Assembly (NCBI GenBank): GCA_031364845.1
Contig: JANLWX010000123.1
Span: 1 to 28,639 of the forward strand
Direction of reading: 5' to 3'
Length of the DNA stretch: 28,639 nt
Source: Candidatus Eiseniibacteriota bacterium
Lineage (GTDB): Bacteria; Eisenbacteria; RBG-16-71-46
Positions 17,027-24,931 of the stretch are shown in pieces; position 1 is the first letter of the stretch; the number at the start of each line of letters is the position of its first letter. The notes under the pieces are model-generated. The model was given only the letters and a program-made list of their open reading frames with translations, was not told where the DNA came from and ran no database searches. Position numbers and translations under genes: made by a program.

Positions 17027-19204
17027 TTGAAGACGCGTTTGATCCATTGGATCGCAACCGCCCTGGCCGCGGGGTTGACGATCGCTTCGACGACGCAGAT
17101 CGCGTCCGCGCGCAGCGGACCGAATCCTTTCCCACGAAAGGTGCTGCCCGTCACGAGCGGAGCGTCGCACGTGCCTGATACCCAGGTTTCTACCGGGATG
17201 CACGACGCGCGCCGTTCGTACGGTGCGGCACATCTTGGCCGCTCGGAACGTCCTGGCCCCCCGGCTCTCTGGGGTGATCCGCCCGGAACACCCGGCGCGG
17301 CGCTCGATGTGGGCGGCCGCGCACCCTCACAGGGTTCTTCGGACCCCGGCATGGCCACCACTCGAACCACACCCTCGCTCAACACCTCGTCCGTGATGGC
17401 TGTGCCGGTTCCGCTTCCCGCGGGAGCGGTCCAGATCGACTCGACGTACTACGATCTCCAGGACATGGGCTCGCTCGGGCAGCGCATCATCGTCGGCCCC
17501 GACGGTCGCATCCACGTCACCTGGCAGGACGATCACTGCAACTACGCCCCCGGTGGGTGCCCGCCGAATCCGTCGGCGCCCATACCCTACCCACTCCGCG
17601 GAATGGGCTACGCATTCCGTGACGCCACCGGCTGGCATTCCGTGGGCCGTGTCGAAGATCCCGATCTGCGTCAGAGCTGTTGTGCGTCGGAAGTCGCGGG
17701 CGGGTTCGGAACGATCGCACTGACGGCGAACGGCCGCGCAGTCGTTTCGCAGCACACGCGCGAAGACGGTTGCGATCTGCGCGGAAATCTCTTCGTGCAG
17801 GACGCCGTCGGCGGGGCCACGTGGACGGGTTATCTGCCGCCAATCGCGAGTCCGAGCTACCTCTTCCCGCAGGCAGCCGTGCTCCCGAACGGCTCGATGC
17901 TGATGCTCGGCGAGATCCCGATCTCGCCGCCCGACGGCTTCTACGAAGGGACAAGCGAGTTTCGCACGAGCCGGCTGGCCGCCGAGGGAACGCGCTTCGT
18001 GTGCCCGACCGGGTGGCAGATGGGGCCGTGGACCCAGATCGTCGCGCCGACCGTTTTTCGTGATGGACATGGCGCGTTCCCAACGCTTGCCGCATCGTCG
18101 AACGGCCGCGCGGGCGTGGCCGTCACCGACTTCGGCGGGAACGTGTTCCTGATCGAATCTTCGAACGGCACGTTCGCGACCGGCACCGTGACCCTGCGCA
18201 CGCTCACGAATTACAGCGACACCGCGATCATCAAGAGCGATTCGACTTCGACGCAATGGCGTCCGTACATCCACTGCCACCTCGCGTATCAGGACACGAC
18301 GCCGCACGTGGTGTGGAGCGAACTACAGGCGCGCAAGATCGGAACCGAGGTCAAGTATTTCGACTGGCGCAGTCGCATCCGCCATTGGAGTTCGACGACC
18401 GGCCTCTCGACCGTGAAGCAGGTGGCTCCCGGCGAGGCCGACACGTTCGACGACATCGACAATTATCTGGATGGACCGCTCGCGGGTTTCAACACGATCT
18501 CGGTGGACTGGCCGCAGGTCGGTTTCTCGCCCGACGGATTCGAGACCTACGTCGTGTGGTTGCGATTCACCGACTCGCAGGTCGATACGACTGCGATCGT
18601 CAAGGGTCTCGAGGGAATTCAGACCGGGACCGGCTACGGCGATATCGCCTGCAGCACTCGACGAAATGGCGCATCATGGTCCGCTCCCCAGAATCTGACT
18701 CAGACTCCGCAAACCGACGAGCGCTTCGTCTCACTCGCGACACTCAACGACCGCGGCAATGTGCGGATCGCGTTCCAGGCCTCCGCCACCAACCAGGCCG
18801 GCGTCGCGGCAGTGGGGGATCGTGGCGGTGAATGCGTCCAGGGCAACTGCCCGCCGCTCAATCTCGTACGGCGCATCGCGTTTCTCGAGCGGCATCTGAC
18901 CGCGAGCGTCGTCGCGGTCGGCGATCTGCCCGCGATCGCGGGGCCTTCGATCACGGCGGCGCCAAATCCCGCGCGCGGACCCATACGCTTTTCGATCGAC
19001 CCAGCGCGCGGCGCGCAGAATGGACGGGCGATCCTCGTGTACTCGGTCAGCGGACGGCGCGTGGCGCGGATCGCGGCCGCAGGCGGCAACGCGGTGTGGA
19101 ACGGTCGAGACGAAGCCGGCCACGCCGTTCCGAGTGGTGTCTATTTTGCCCGGTTCGAGAGCGAGCATTCGGGCTCCGGAACCAAGTTCATGCTGTTGCA
19201 CTAG
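17027..19204 (+). CDS. Large secreted beta-rich protein with C-terminal FlgD-Ig/T9SS-type-A-like domain
   Basis: TTG start 8 nt after AAGGAG; signal peptide; Pro/Gly-rich linker; C-terminus PNP..G.IRF...VYSVSGRRV...WNGRDEAG..VPSGVYFAR. Confidence 0.8.
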   Translation: MKTRLIHWIATALAAGLTIASTTQIASARSGPNPFPRKVLPVTSGASHVPDTQVSTGMHDARRSYGAAHLGRSERPGPPALWGDPPGTPGAALDVGGRAPSQGSSDPGMATTRTTPSLNTSSVMAVPVPLPAGAVQIDSTYYDLQDMGSLGQRIIVGPDGRIHVTWQDDHCNYAPGGCPPNPSAPIPYPLRGMGYAFRDATGWHSVGRVEDPDLRQSCCASEVAGGFGTIALTANGRAVVSQHTREDGCDLRGNLFVQDAVGGATWTGYLPPIASPSYLFPQAAVLPNGSMLMLGEIPISPPDGFYEGTSEFRTSRLAAEGTRFVCPTGWQMGPWTQIVAPTVFRDGHGAFPTLAASSNGRAGVAVTDFGGNVFLIESSNGTFATGTVTLRTLTNYSDTAIIKSDSTSTQWRPYIHCHLAYQDTTPHVVWSELQARKIGTEVKYFDWRSRIRHWSSTTGLSTVKQVAPGEADTFDDIDNYLDGPLAGFNTISVDWPQVGFSPDGFETYVVWLRFTDSQVDTTAIVKGLEGIQTGTGYGDIACSTRRNGASWSAPQNLTQTPQTDERFVSLATLNDRGNVRIAFQASATNQAGVAAVGDRGGECVQGNCPPLNLVRRIAFLERHLTASVVAVGDLPAIAGPSITAAPNPARGPIRFSIDPARGAQNGRAILVYSVSGRRVARIAAAGGNAVWNGRDEAGHAVPSGVYFARFESEHSGSGTKFMLLH

Positions 19205-19329
19205 CGAGCGGACGCGCGAGGCCATCGGCGTTCGATGGCTCTCGAGCGGTCGCGCGCCTTCCCCCGATTCCCCCGAGCACGGCTCGCGGCGGCGTCATCA
19301 AAAATCACCCTAGACCAGGAGTATCCCCG

Positions 19330-20133
19330 ATGACCGCCTTGCTTCCACGCTCCGCCGGATTATTCTCCGGCGCGCTGGCGACCGCTCTGCTGGTTGCCAC
19401 ACCCATTTTCGCCGCCAACTCGTTCGTTCCTGTGCGCGCGAATTCGCCTGCCCTCGGTGACAAAGAGGAGCATGTCACCGGCGGCGCGCTCGACCTGCCG
19501 TGGCTGAACGGCTTCGGCGTATCGAACAACATGCAGCCGCTGACGCTGGCGCCCGAGCATCCCGCCTACAACAACCCGTCTGGTGACCACACCGTGGCGA
19601 GCGCGACGAACTCGATCGCCCCCGACAGCGGCGGCGTCATCCTCACGGCCACGGATCCCGGCGGCGTCGCCGACTACATTTGGGAAGGCTGGGTCTTCAC
19701 CGGCGACGGCAACACGCGCCGCGGCCTCGTGGTGCGCGCCGATCCCAACAACCAGTTCACCTCGTGCTACCAGTTCGTGGTTCAGTCCGGCCTGTTCCAG
19801 ATCAACTTCCGCAGGCTCGTGAACAGCATGCCAACCACACTCGCCACCTGGTTCGCCAGCGAACTGCCGGCGGGCTCGCTGCCCCAGAACACGTGGCACC
19901 AGATGAAGGTGATCGCGGTCGGCTCGACGTTCCGCTGCTTCATCGACGGCCACGAGTTCACGTCGACTCCGATCGTCGACGCCACGCTGCCCACGGGATG
20001 GCCAGGCGTCTACAACTTCCGCTTCGATCTCGGCGGCGTTCCGTTCCTGACGGACGATCTCATCATGACCGACATCCGTAAGACGCCGGTGGCGCCTTCG
20101 ACGTGGGGCCAGGTGAAGGCGCGCTGGCGGTAG
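19330..20133 (+). CDS. Secreted protein, ConA/lectin-like (DUF1080-like) domain, C-terminal STWGxxK tail
   Basis: AGGAG SD; signal peptide; GLVVRA, NTWHQMKV.AVGS.FRCFIDG, D...PTGWPG; ends TPVAPSTWGQVKARWR. Confidence 0.78.
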   Translation: MTALLPRSAGLFSGALATALLVATPIFAANSFVPVRANSPALGDKEEHVTGGALDLPWLNGFGVSNNMQPLTLAPEHPAYNNPSGDHTVASATNSIAPDSGGVILTATDPGGVADYIWEGWVFTGDGNTRRGLVVRADPNNQFTSCYQFVVQSGLFQINFRRLVNSMPTTLATWFASELPAGSLPQNTWHQMKVIAVGSTFRCFIDGHEFTSTPIVDATLPTGWPGVYNFRFDLGGVPFLTDDLIMTDIRKTPVAPSTWGQVKARWR

Positions 20134-20161
20134 CATCTGCGCCCGCGTTCGCCCGTCGTAT

Positions 20162-20199
20162 CGCGAAGCCCGCACCTCTCCAGAGGCGCGGGCTTTGCG
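20162..20199 (+). terminator. Terminator-like hairpin after the secreted-protein genes
   Basis: CGCGAAGCCCGC-A-CCTCT / AGAGG-C-GCGGGCTTTGCG inverted repeat, about 30 nt after the stop. Confidence 0.6.
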
Positions 20200-20240
20200 C
20201 TGGCTTCCGCGCCGGCGCCCCCGCGTTCGGAACGAAACTA

Positions 20241-20270
20241 TTGACTCGCGATCCCCGGTCTCGATAGATT
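20241..20270 (+). promoter_or_regulatory. Sigma70-type promoter of the small RNA unit
   Basis: TTGACT-N18-TAGATT with A-rich upstream sequence; predicted TSS ~20276-20278. Confidence 0.65.
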
Positions 20271-20297
20271 TCTCGAACGCGGAAAGGAGGTGGTCCA

Positions 20298-20342
20298 TTG
20301 ACTGATACGCGCAATAGGATCGCGGAGGTGGCTGTCCGCTAG
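20298..20342 (+). CDS. Putative 14-aa peptide MTDTRNRIAEVAVR
   Basis: TTG 7 nt after AGGAGG; TAG stop in a hairpin loop; too short for the ORF track. Confidence 0.5.
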   Translation: MTDTRNRIAEVAVR

Positions 20343-20416
20343 GACGGCCCCGCACCTGGCCTCCAAGGCCAGCGACCTGCTGGGTCGTCCCGCGAATCCC
20401 AGCAGCTGACCGGAGT

Positions 20417-20449
20417 GGCGGGGGATGGGCGACCGTCCCCCGCCTTCTC
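20417..20449 (+). terminator. Intrinsic terminator-like hairpin closing the small RNA
   Basis: GGCGGGGGATGG-GCGA-CCGTCCCCCGCC (12-bp stem, GNRA loop) followed by TTCTC. Confidence 0.65.
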
Positions 20450-20620
20450 ATGGGCTCCCGGCTGTAACCCTCCCCGTTACGGGTGACACTTTTCGCGGTT
20501 CTCCGTGACACGTTGCGGCGAAACCAGGTCCGCACGCGGCTGCGGGAACCGTCGCCTCGCCCTTTGTCCGGCAAGCACTTGAGGCCGCGCGCTCCCCGCG
20601 ATCGCGACCGTGTCGCTGCG

Positions 20621-20636
20621 CGGCACGCCGTGTGCT
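20621..20636 (+). promoter_or_regulatory. Possible sigma54 promoter for the RnfD-like/DUF2330 genes
   Basis: CGGCACG-CCGT-GTGCT, GG-N10-GC, imperfect at -12. Confidence 0.5.
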
Positions 20637-20783
20637 TTAGCCATCCGCGGCCGTCTCCACATGGGAGGAGGCGGCCGTCCCCATCTGGCTGAGCTGAAAA
20701 GGCGCGGACTCCGAGCCCCCCTCAAAACGCTGATCGTCGTCGCGTGGAAGAACTCACGCGGCAGCGGCGTAAGGAGGGGCACG

Positions 20784-21737
20784 ATGGACATCCGACCGCA
20801 ATCCTCGTCCTGGCCCGCGCGCTTGCGCGACTCCGATCCCCGCTACTACCAGATCGGCGCCCTCTCGCTGCTGCTCACGTACGGCGTCATGGGGCTCGGG
20901 TTCGGGATCGGCGCGGCCCACGTCTTGACGGTGATCGGCGCGGCACTCGCGACGCAGTTCGCGGCCACGCGGCTCGCCCGGCTTCCGCACTTCGATCCGT
21001 TGAGTGCCCTCATCTCGGGCATCGGGCTCGCCACTCTGCTGCGCACGTCCTCGCTGTGGATCGCGGCACTGGTCGCCGTGATCGCGATCGCGAGCAAGTT
21101 CGTGTTCCGCATCGACGGGCGCCATGTGATGAACCCGACCAACGGTGCCCTGGTCCTGATGCTCGCACTCGGCGCCCCGGTGTGGATCTCGCCCGGGCAG
21201 TACGGCCACGTCACGTTCGTGGCGCTCGGGATCGCGTGCATCGGCAGCGTGGTCGTGAATCGCGCGGCGCGCAGCGACGTGACGTTCGCGTTCCTCGGCG
21301 CGTGGGCCGCCATCCTGTTCACGCGGGCACTCGTGATCGGCGAACCGCTGACGATTCCCGTGCACCGCCTGGAGAACGGGCTCTTGCTTCAGTTCGCGTT
21401 CTTCATGATCTCCGACCCGCGCACCACCCCGCGCGCACGCGCAGGTCGCATCGGGTTCGCCGTGCTGGTGGCGCTCGGCGGAGCCTTCGTTCAGTTCGGT
21501 CTGTTCCGCACCAACGGGCTGTTGTGGTCGCTCGCGCTGTGCTCGCTCGCGGTGCCGCTGATCAACCGGCTCGTGCCGGGCGAGCGCTACGAGTGGAATA
21601 CCGTCCGTCCCGCACCGGGTCACTCACCAGGAGAACCTCATGAACACGAACGCGAAACGCGCCCGGATGTTGCGGGCGACGGGGCTCGCGATGGCCGCCT
21701 GCCTGGCCATGCTGCCCGCGCCGCAATCCGCCCATAG
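20784..21737 (+). CDS. RnfD/NqrB-like (NQR2 family) membrane protein, stand-alone
   Basis: DPRYYQI, ASKF...GRHVMNPTN, FFMISDPRTTP; many TM helices; SD AAGGAGG before ATG 20784. Confidence 0.8.
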   Translation: MDIRPQSSSWPARLRDSDPRYYQIGALSLLLTYGVMGLGFGIGAAHVLTVIGAALATQFAATRLARLPHFDPLSALISGIGLATLLRTSSLWIAALVAVIAIASKFVFRIDGRHVMNPTNGALVLMLALGAPVWISPGQYGHVTFVALGIACIGSVVVNRAARSDVTFAFLGAWAAILFTRALVIGEPLTIPVHRLENGLLLQFAFFMISDPRTTPRARAGRIGFAVLVALGGAFVQFGLFRTNGLLWSLALCSLAVPLINRLVPGERYEWNTVRPAPGHSPGEPHEHERETRPDVAGDGARDGRLPGHAARAAIRP

Positions 21738-23007
21738 CTTCTGCGGATTCTACGTCGCCAAGGGCGATGCAAAGCTGTTCAACAACAGCTCGCAAGTGGT
21801 GCTCGTACGCGACGGCGATCGCACGGTGCTGACCATGATGAGCGACTACCAGGGCGACCCGAAGGAGTTCGCGGTCGTGATCCCGGTCCCGAGCGTGATC
21901 CAGAAGAGTCAGGTTCACATCGGCGATCCGGCCGTGGTCGATCATCTCGACGCGTTCTCGGCGCCGCGGTTGGTCGAGTACACCGATCCCAATCCGTGCC
22001 CGTCGGCGGACCGAAGGGTGTACGAGATGAGCATGGCGCCGGGAGCCGTCGCCCAGAGCGGCGGCCTCCACTTTCGCGGCGGCCGCAAGGGCGAGGTCAA
22101 GATCGAGGCGAGCTACACCGTCGGCGAGTACGACATCCTCATCTTGTCGGCGAAATCCAGTTCCGGGCTCGAGCGCTGGCTGATCGACAACGGCTACCGC
22201 ATTCCCGAGGGTGCGAACGCCGTGCTCGCGTCGTACCTCAAGCAGAACATGCGGTTCTTCGTGGCCAAAGTGAATCTCGCCGAGCAGCGCAAGCTCAACC
22301 TCACGAAGCTGCGCCCGATCCAGGTGGCGTTCGAATCGGCGAAGTTCGTGCTGCCGCTGCGGCTCGGCATGGTGAACTCGACCGGCACGCAGGATCTGTT
22401 CGTCTACGGCATCACGAAGCGCGGCCGCATCGAAGCGGTGAACTACCGCACCGTGAAGCTCCCGTCCGACGTCGATGTGCCCGAATACGTGAAAGACGTG
22501 TTCCCCGACTTCCATCGCGCGATGTTCGCCGAACAGTGGCGCAAGAACGGCCGCGACGTCGTGCTCACCGAGCACGCGTGGGACATGGCGTCGTGCGATC
22601 CGTGTCCTTCGGAGCCGCTCTCGCACGCGGAACTGCGCGCACTCGGCGTGTGGTGGGTGCCAGCGGACGCGCCGTATCTGTCGCAGGGCGAGACGTTCCT
22701 GACGCGCCTGCACGTGCGCTACGACCGCGCGCACTTTCCCGAGGACCTCGTGCTGCAGGAGACCGCCGACCGCGAAAACTGGCAGGCGCGCTACGTCGTC
22801 CATCATCCATATGCGGGCACCGAAGATTGCCCGGCGGTGGCCGCGTACCGCCGGCAGGTGCGTGAACGTCGCGAGAAGGAAGCGAGGAATCTCGCGGACC
22901 TGACGGGATGGCGGATCGAAGACGTTCGCACGCGGATGAGCGTGAACGACGTCTGGTCGCGGCCCGAAGAGAATCTGACGTGGTGGGAACGGTTGTGGGG
23001 GAAGTAG
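21640..23007 (+). CDS. DUF2330-family exported protein
   Basis: Signal peptide then FCGFYVA, FAVVIPVP, SAPRLVEY.DPNPC, VGEYDI.ILSA, LPLRLG, CDPC, TRLHVRY; AGGAG SD. Confidence 0.87.
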   Translation: MNTNAKRARMLRATGLAMAACLAMLPAPQSAHSFCGFYVAKGDAKLFNNSSQVVLVRDGDRTVLTMMSDYQGDPKEFAVVIPVPSVIQKSQVHIGDPAVVDHLDAFSAPRLVEYTDPNPCPSADRRVYEMSMAPGAVAQSGGLHFRGGRKGEVKIEASYTVGEYDILILSAKSSSGLERWLIDNGYRIPEGANAVLASYLKQNMRFFVAKVNLAEQRKLNLTKLRPIQVAFESAKFVLPLRLGMVNSTGTQDLFVYGITKRGRIEAVNYRTVKLPSDVDVPEYVKDVFPDFHRAMFAEQWRKNGRDVVLTEHAWDMASCDPCPSEPLSHAELRALGVWWVPADAPYLSQGETFLTRLHVRYDRAHFPEDLVLQETADRENWQARYVVHHPYAGTEDCPAVAAYRRQVRERREKEARNLADLTGWRIEDVRTRMSVNDVWSRPEENLTWWERLWGK

Positions 23008-23083
23008 CGGACGGCGCCGCGGTCGTTCAGCGGGCGGGGGACGGCGCCGCGCGTTGTGGCGTCCGTGCTTTCGCGGAAGTCTT

Positions 23084-24931
23084 TCAGCGCGCGGGGACCG
23101 CTCCCCGTTCCGCGGCCGCGACGCGATCGATCTCGTCGATCAACCGGATGGATTCGGGGTCGCCGGGGACACGGTTGAGCAGCTCGATTGCGCCGCGCCG
23201 CGCGTTCACGAGGTCACCGAGCCGCGCGGACATCGCGGTGTAACCGCGCCACGCGAGCGGATCGTCGGGCGTGCGGGCGATCATGCGCACGTAGGCTTCA
23301 CGCGCGTCGGCGTAGTCCTTCGCTTCGGTCGCCGCGAGCCCCCACTGAATGAAGAAGCGCGGATTCGGTACCTGATCGGCGGCGCGACGAAATGCGGTCG
23401 CCGCCGCGGTGTAGCGCTCGAGTCTCAGGTTGCGGATCCCGATGTAGTCGAGCACCGTGACGCGTTCGGCCTCGGTGCGCGCCGGGGGCTCGGTGAGGAA
23501 TGCCTGCATGCGCGTGAGGCCGCGCTCGACGTCCGCGTGGTGGATCATCCACTGCAGCGTGAACATCGCAGTACACGCGGTCACGCCGACCGCCGCCACC
23601 GCGCGACCCCGCTCTTCACGCAGCGATTCTCCGATCAGCCATGCGGCGATCAGCGAAATCGCCACACCGCCCGCGACGAAGTTGTCCCAGTCGCGAAACA
23701 TGCCCTGCACCGGATGGACGAACGGGATCACGGCCACGAGCGGAATGGCGAGCACGAACAGCGCCACGATCTCGCGCGTACGACCGGCGCCCGGCCGCCG
23801 CACGAAGAGTAGAACCGGGATCACGAGCGCGAGCGGCGCCAGCATCAGCAGGATGTTCACGAGATCGAGCGGCCGCAGTCCGCTGAATGCGCTCGCCAGC
23901 ACGCCGCCGCCTTCGCGCACTTCGGCCGGCGCCAGATGGACGGCGAGATCGACGTCGCGAAACGTGCGCCACGCTCTCGGGATCGTGAGTGCCAGCGCCG
24001 CGAGCGGCAACACGAATCCGGTGATCGTCTCCGGGGCGCGACGGGTGGCAGCGGACGCCGGATGGCGCCACCACAGCACCCAGGTCAGTAACGCTGCGGG
24101 GAGAAGGCCCAGCGCTGAGCGATGCAGCAGGAACGCGATCGTGAGGGCGGCGCCGAACGGCAGCATGCCGGTCCCCGTGCGCACGACGCGCACGGCACCC
24201 GCACCGACCGCCGCCGTCACCGCGCACAACTCGACGACCGCCTTGCTGTAGCCGGTGAACACCGCGAGATAGCCGCCGAAGAACACCGTCGCGACCGTCG
24301 CCACCGCGACCGCGCCGCTCACCTCGAGCGCGCGCGCGAACGCGATCGATGCCGCCATCAGGGCCGCGGCATCCAGCGCTCCGAGGATGCGGCCGGAGGC
24401 GTTCGCATCCATGCCGAGCCCCTTGGACCACCAGGTCGGAATCACGTTGTGCAGGATGCGGTCGAGCGGCAGCGCCTGCGGGAACACGTTGCCGGCGCCG
24501 ATCCGCTCTTCGATCGCGCCCTGGCGGAGCAGGAAGTCACCCACGTACCACACGCGATCGGGCAGCAGCATCACGAGGGCGGCGGCCATGAATGTCGCGA
24601 CCGCGATCGGGAACGCACCACCGCGCGCGAGGCGATCGCCGAGTCCCTCGAGCGCGGGCGCCGCACGACGCGCGAGCGCGGGAACCAGTGCCAGGGCGGC
24701 GACGAGCGTGAGCGGCCACGCGGCCCACAGCGGTAGGAAGCGCGCGACGTTGAGTCCCCAGCCCGCCATCGAAGGGATGAGCGCGAGCACCACGCGCGCC
24801 GTGACGAGTACCGCAAGCGTGATCGTGATCGCGCGCGTCGCGGGGCTCCACGGTCCTTCGTCGGGCGCCGCCGAGACATTCGGACGCCGGCGCGGGTCCG
24901 GGGCGCGGGCAGGACGCTTCGCCGCCATCAC
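23084..24931 (-). CDS. Polytopic membrane protein with C-terminal TPR repeats (GT-C glycosyltransferase-like architecture)
   Basis: About 12-13 TM segments, loop motifs VGDFLLR and RDWD, TPR-like C-terminus; start overlaps the sppA stop. Confidence 0.7.
   Translation of the reverse strand: MMAAKRPARAPDPRRRPNVSAAPDEGPWSPATRAITITLAVLVTARVVLALIPSMAGWGLNVARFLPLWAAWPLTLVAALALVPALARRAAPALEGLGDRLARGGAFPIAVATFMAAALVMLLPDRVWYVGDFLLRQGAIEERIGAGNVFPQALPLDRILHNVIPTWWSKGLGMDANASGRILGALDAAALMAASIAFARALEVSGAVAVATVATVFFGGYLAVFTGYSKAVVELCAVTAAVGAGAVRVVRTGTGMLPFGAALTIAFLLHRSALGLLPAALLTWVLWWRHPASAATRRAPETITGFVLPLAALALTIPRAWRTFRDVDLAVHLAPAEVREGGGVLASAFSGLRPLDLVNILLMLAPLALVIPVLLFVRRPGAGRTREIVALFVLAIPLVAVIPFVHPVQGMFRDWDNFVAGGVAISLIAAWLIGESLREERGRAVAAVGVTACTAMFTLQWMIHHADVERGLTRMQAFLTEPPARTEAERVTVLDYIGIRNLRLERYTAAATAFRRAADQVPNPRFFIQWGLAATEAKDYADAREAYVRMIARTPDDPLAWRGYTAMSARLGDLVNARRGAIELLNRVPGDPESIRLIDEIDRVAAAERGAVPAR

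Larger units (their letters stand above)
20277..20450 (+). ncRNA. Candidate structured small RNA / mini-mRNA with extended 16S-complementary 5' end
   Basis: Own promoter and terminator; GGAAAGGAGGTGGTCCA at the 5' end; four consecutive hairpins (20330-20349, 20356-20372, 20377-20405, 20417-20444). Confidence 0.65.

Noticed and set aside
20281..20297. 3' end of a 16S rRNA gene on the minus strand
   Set aside because: The match stops after 17 nt; the adjacent sequence lacks helix 45/44 (no GCCGCAGGTTCCCCTACGG...).
20277..20450. tmRNA, 6S, SRP or type I toxin locus
   Set aside because: No tRNA-like ends or CCA, and the tag does not end in AA. It is not one long rod like 6S and has no SRP loop motif. 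The peptide is not hydrophobic.
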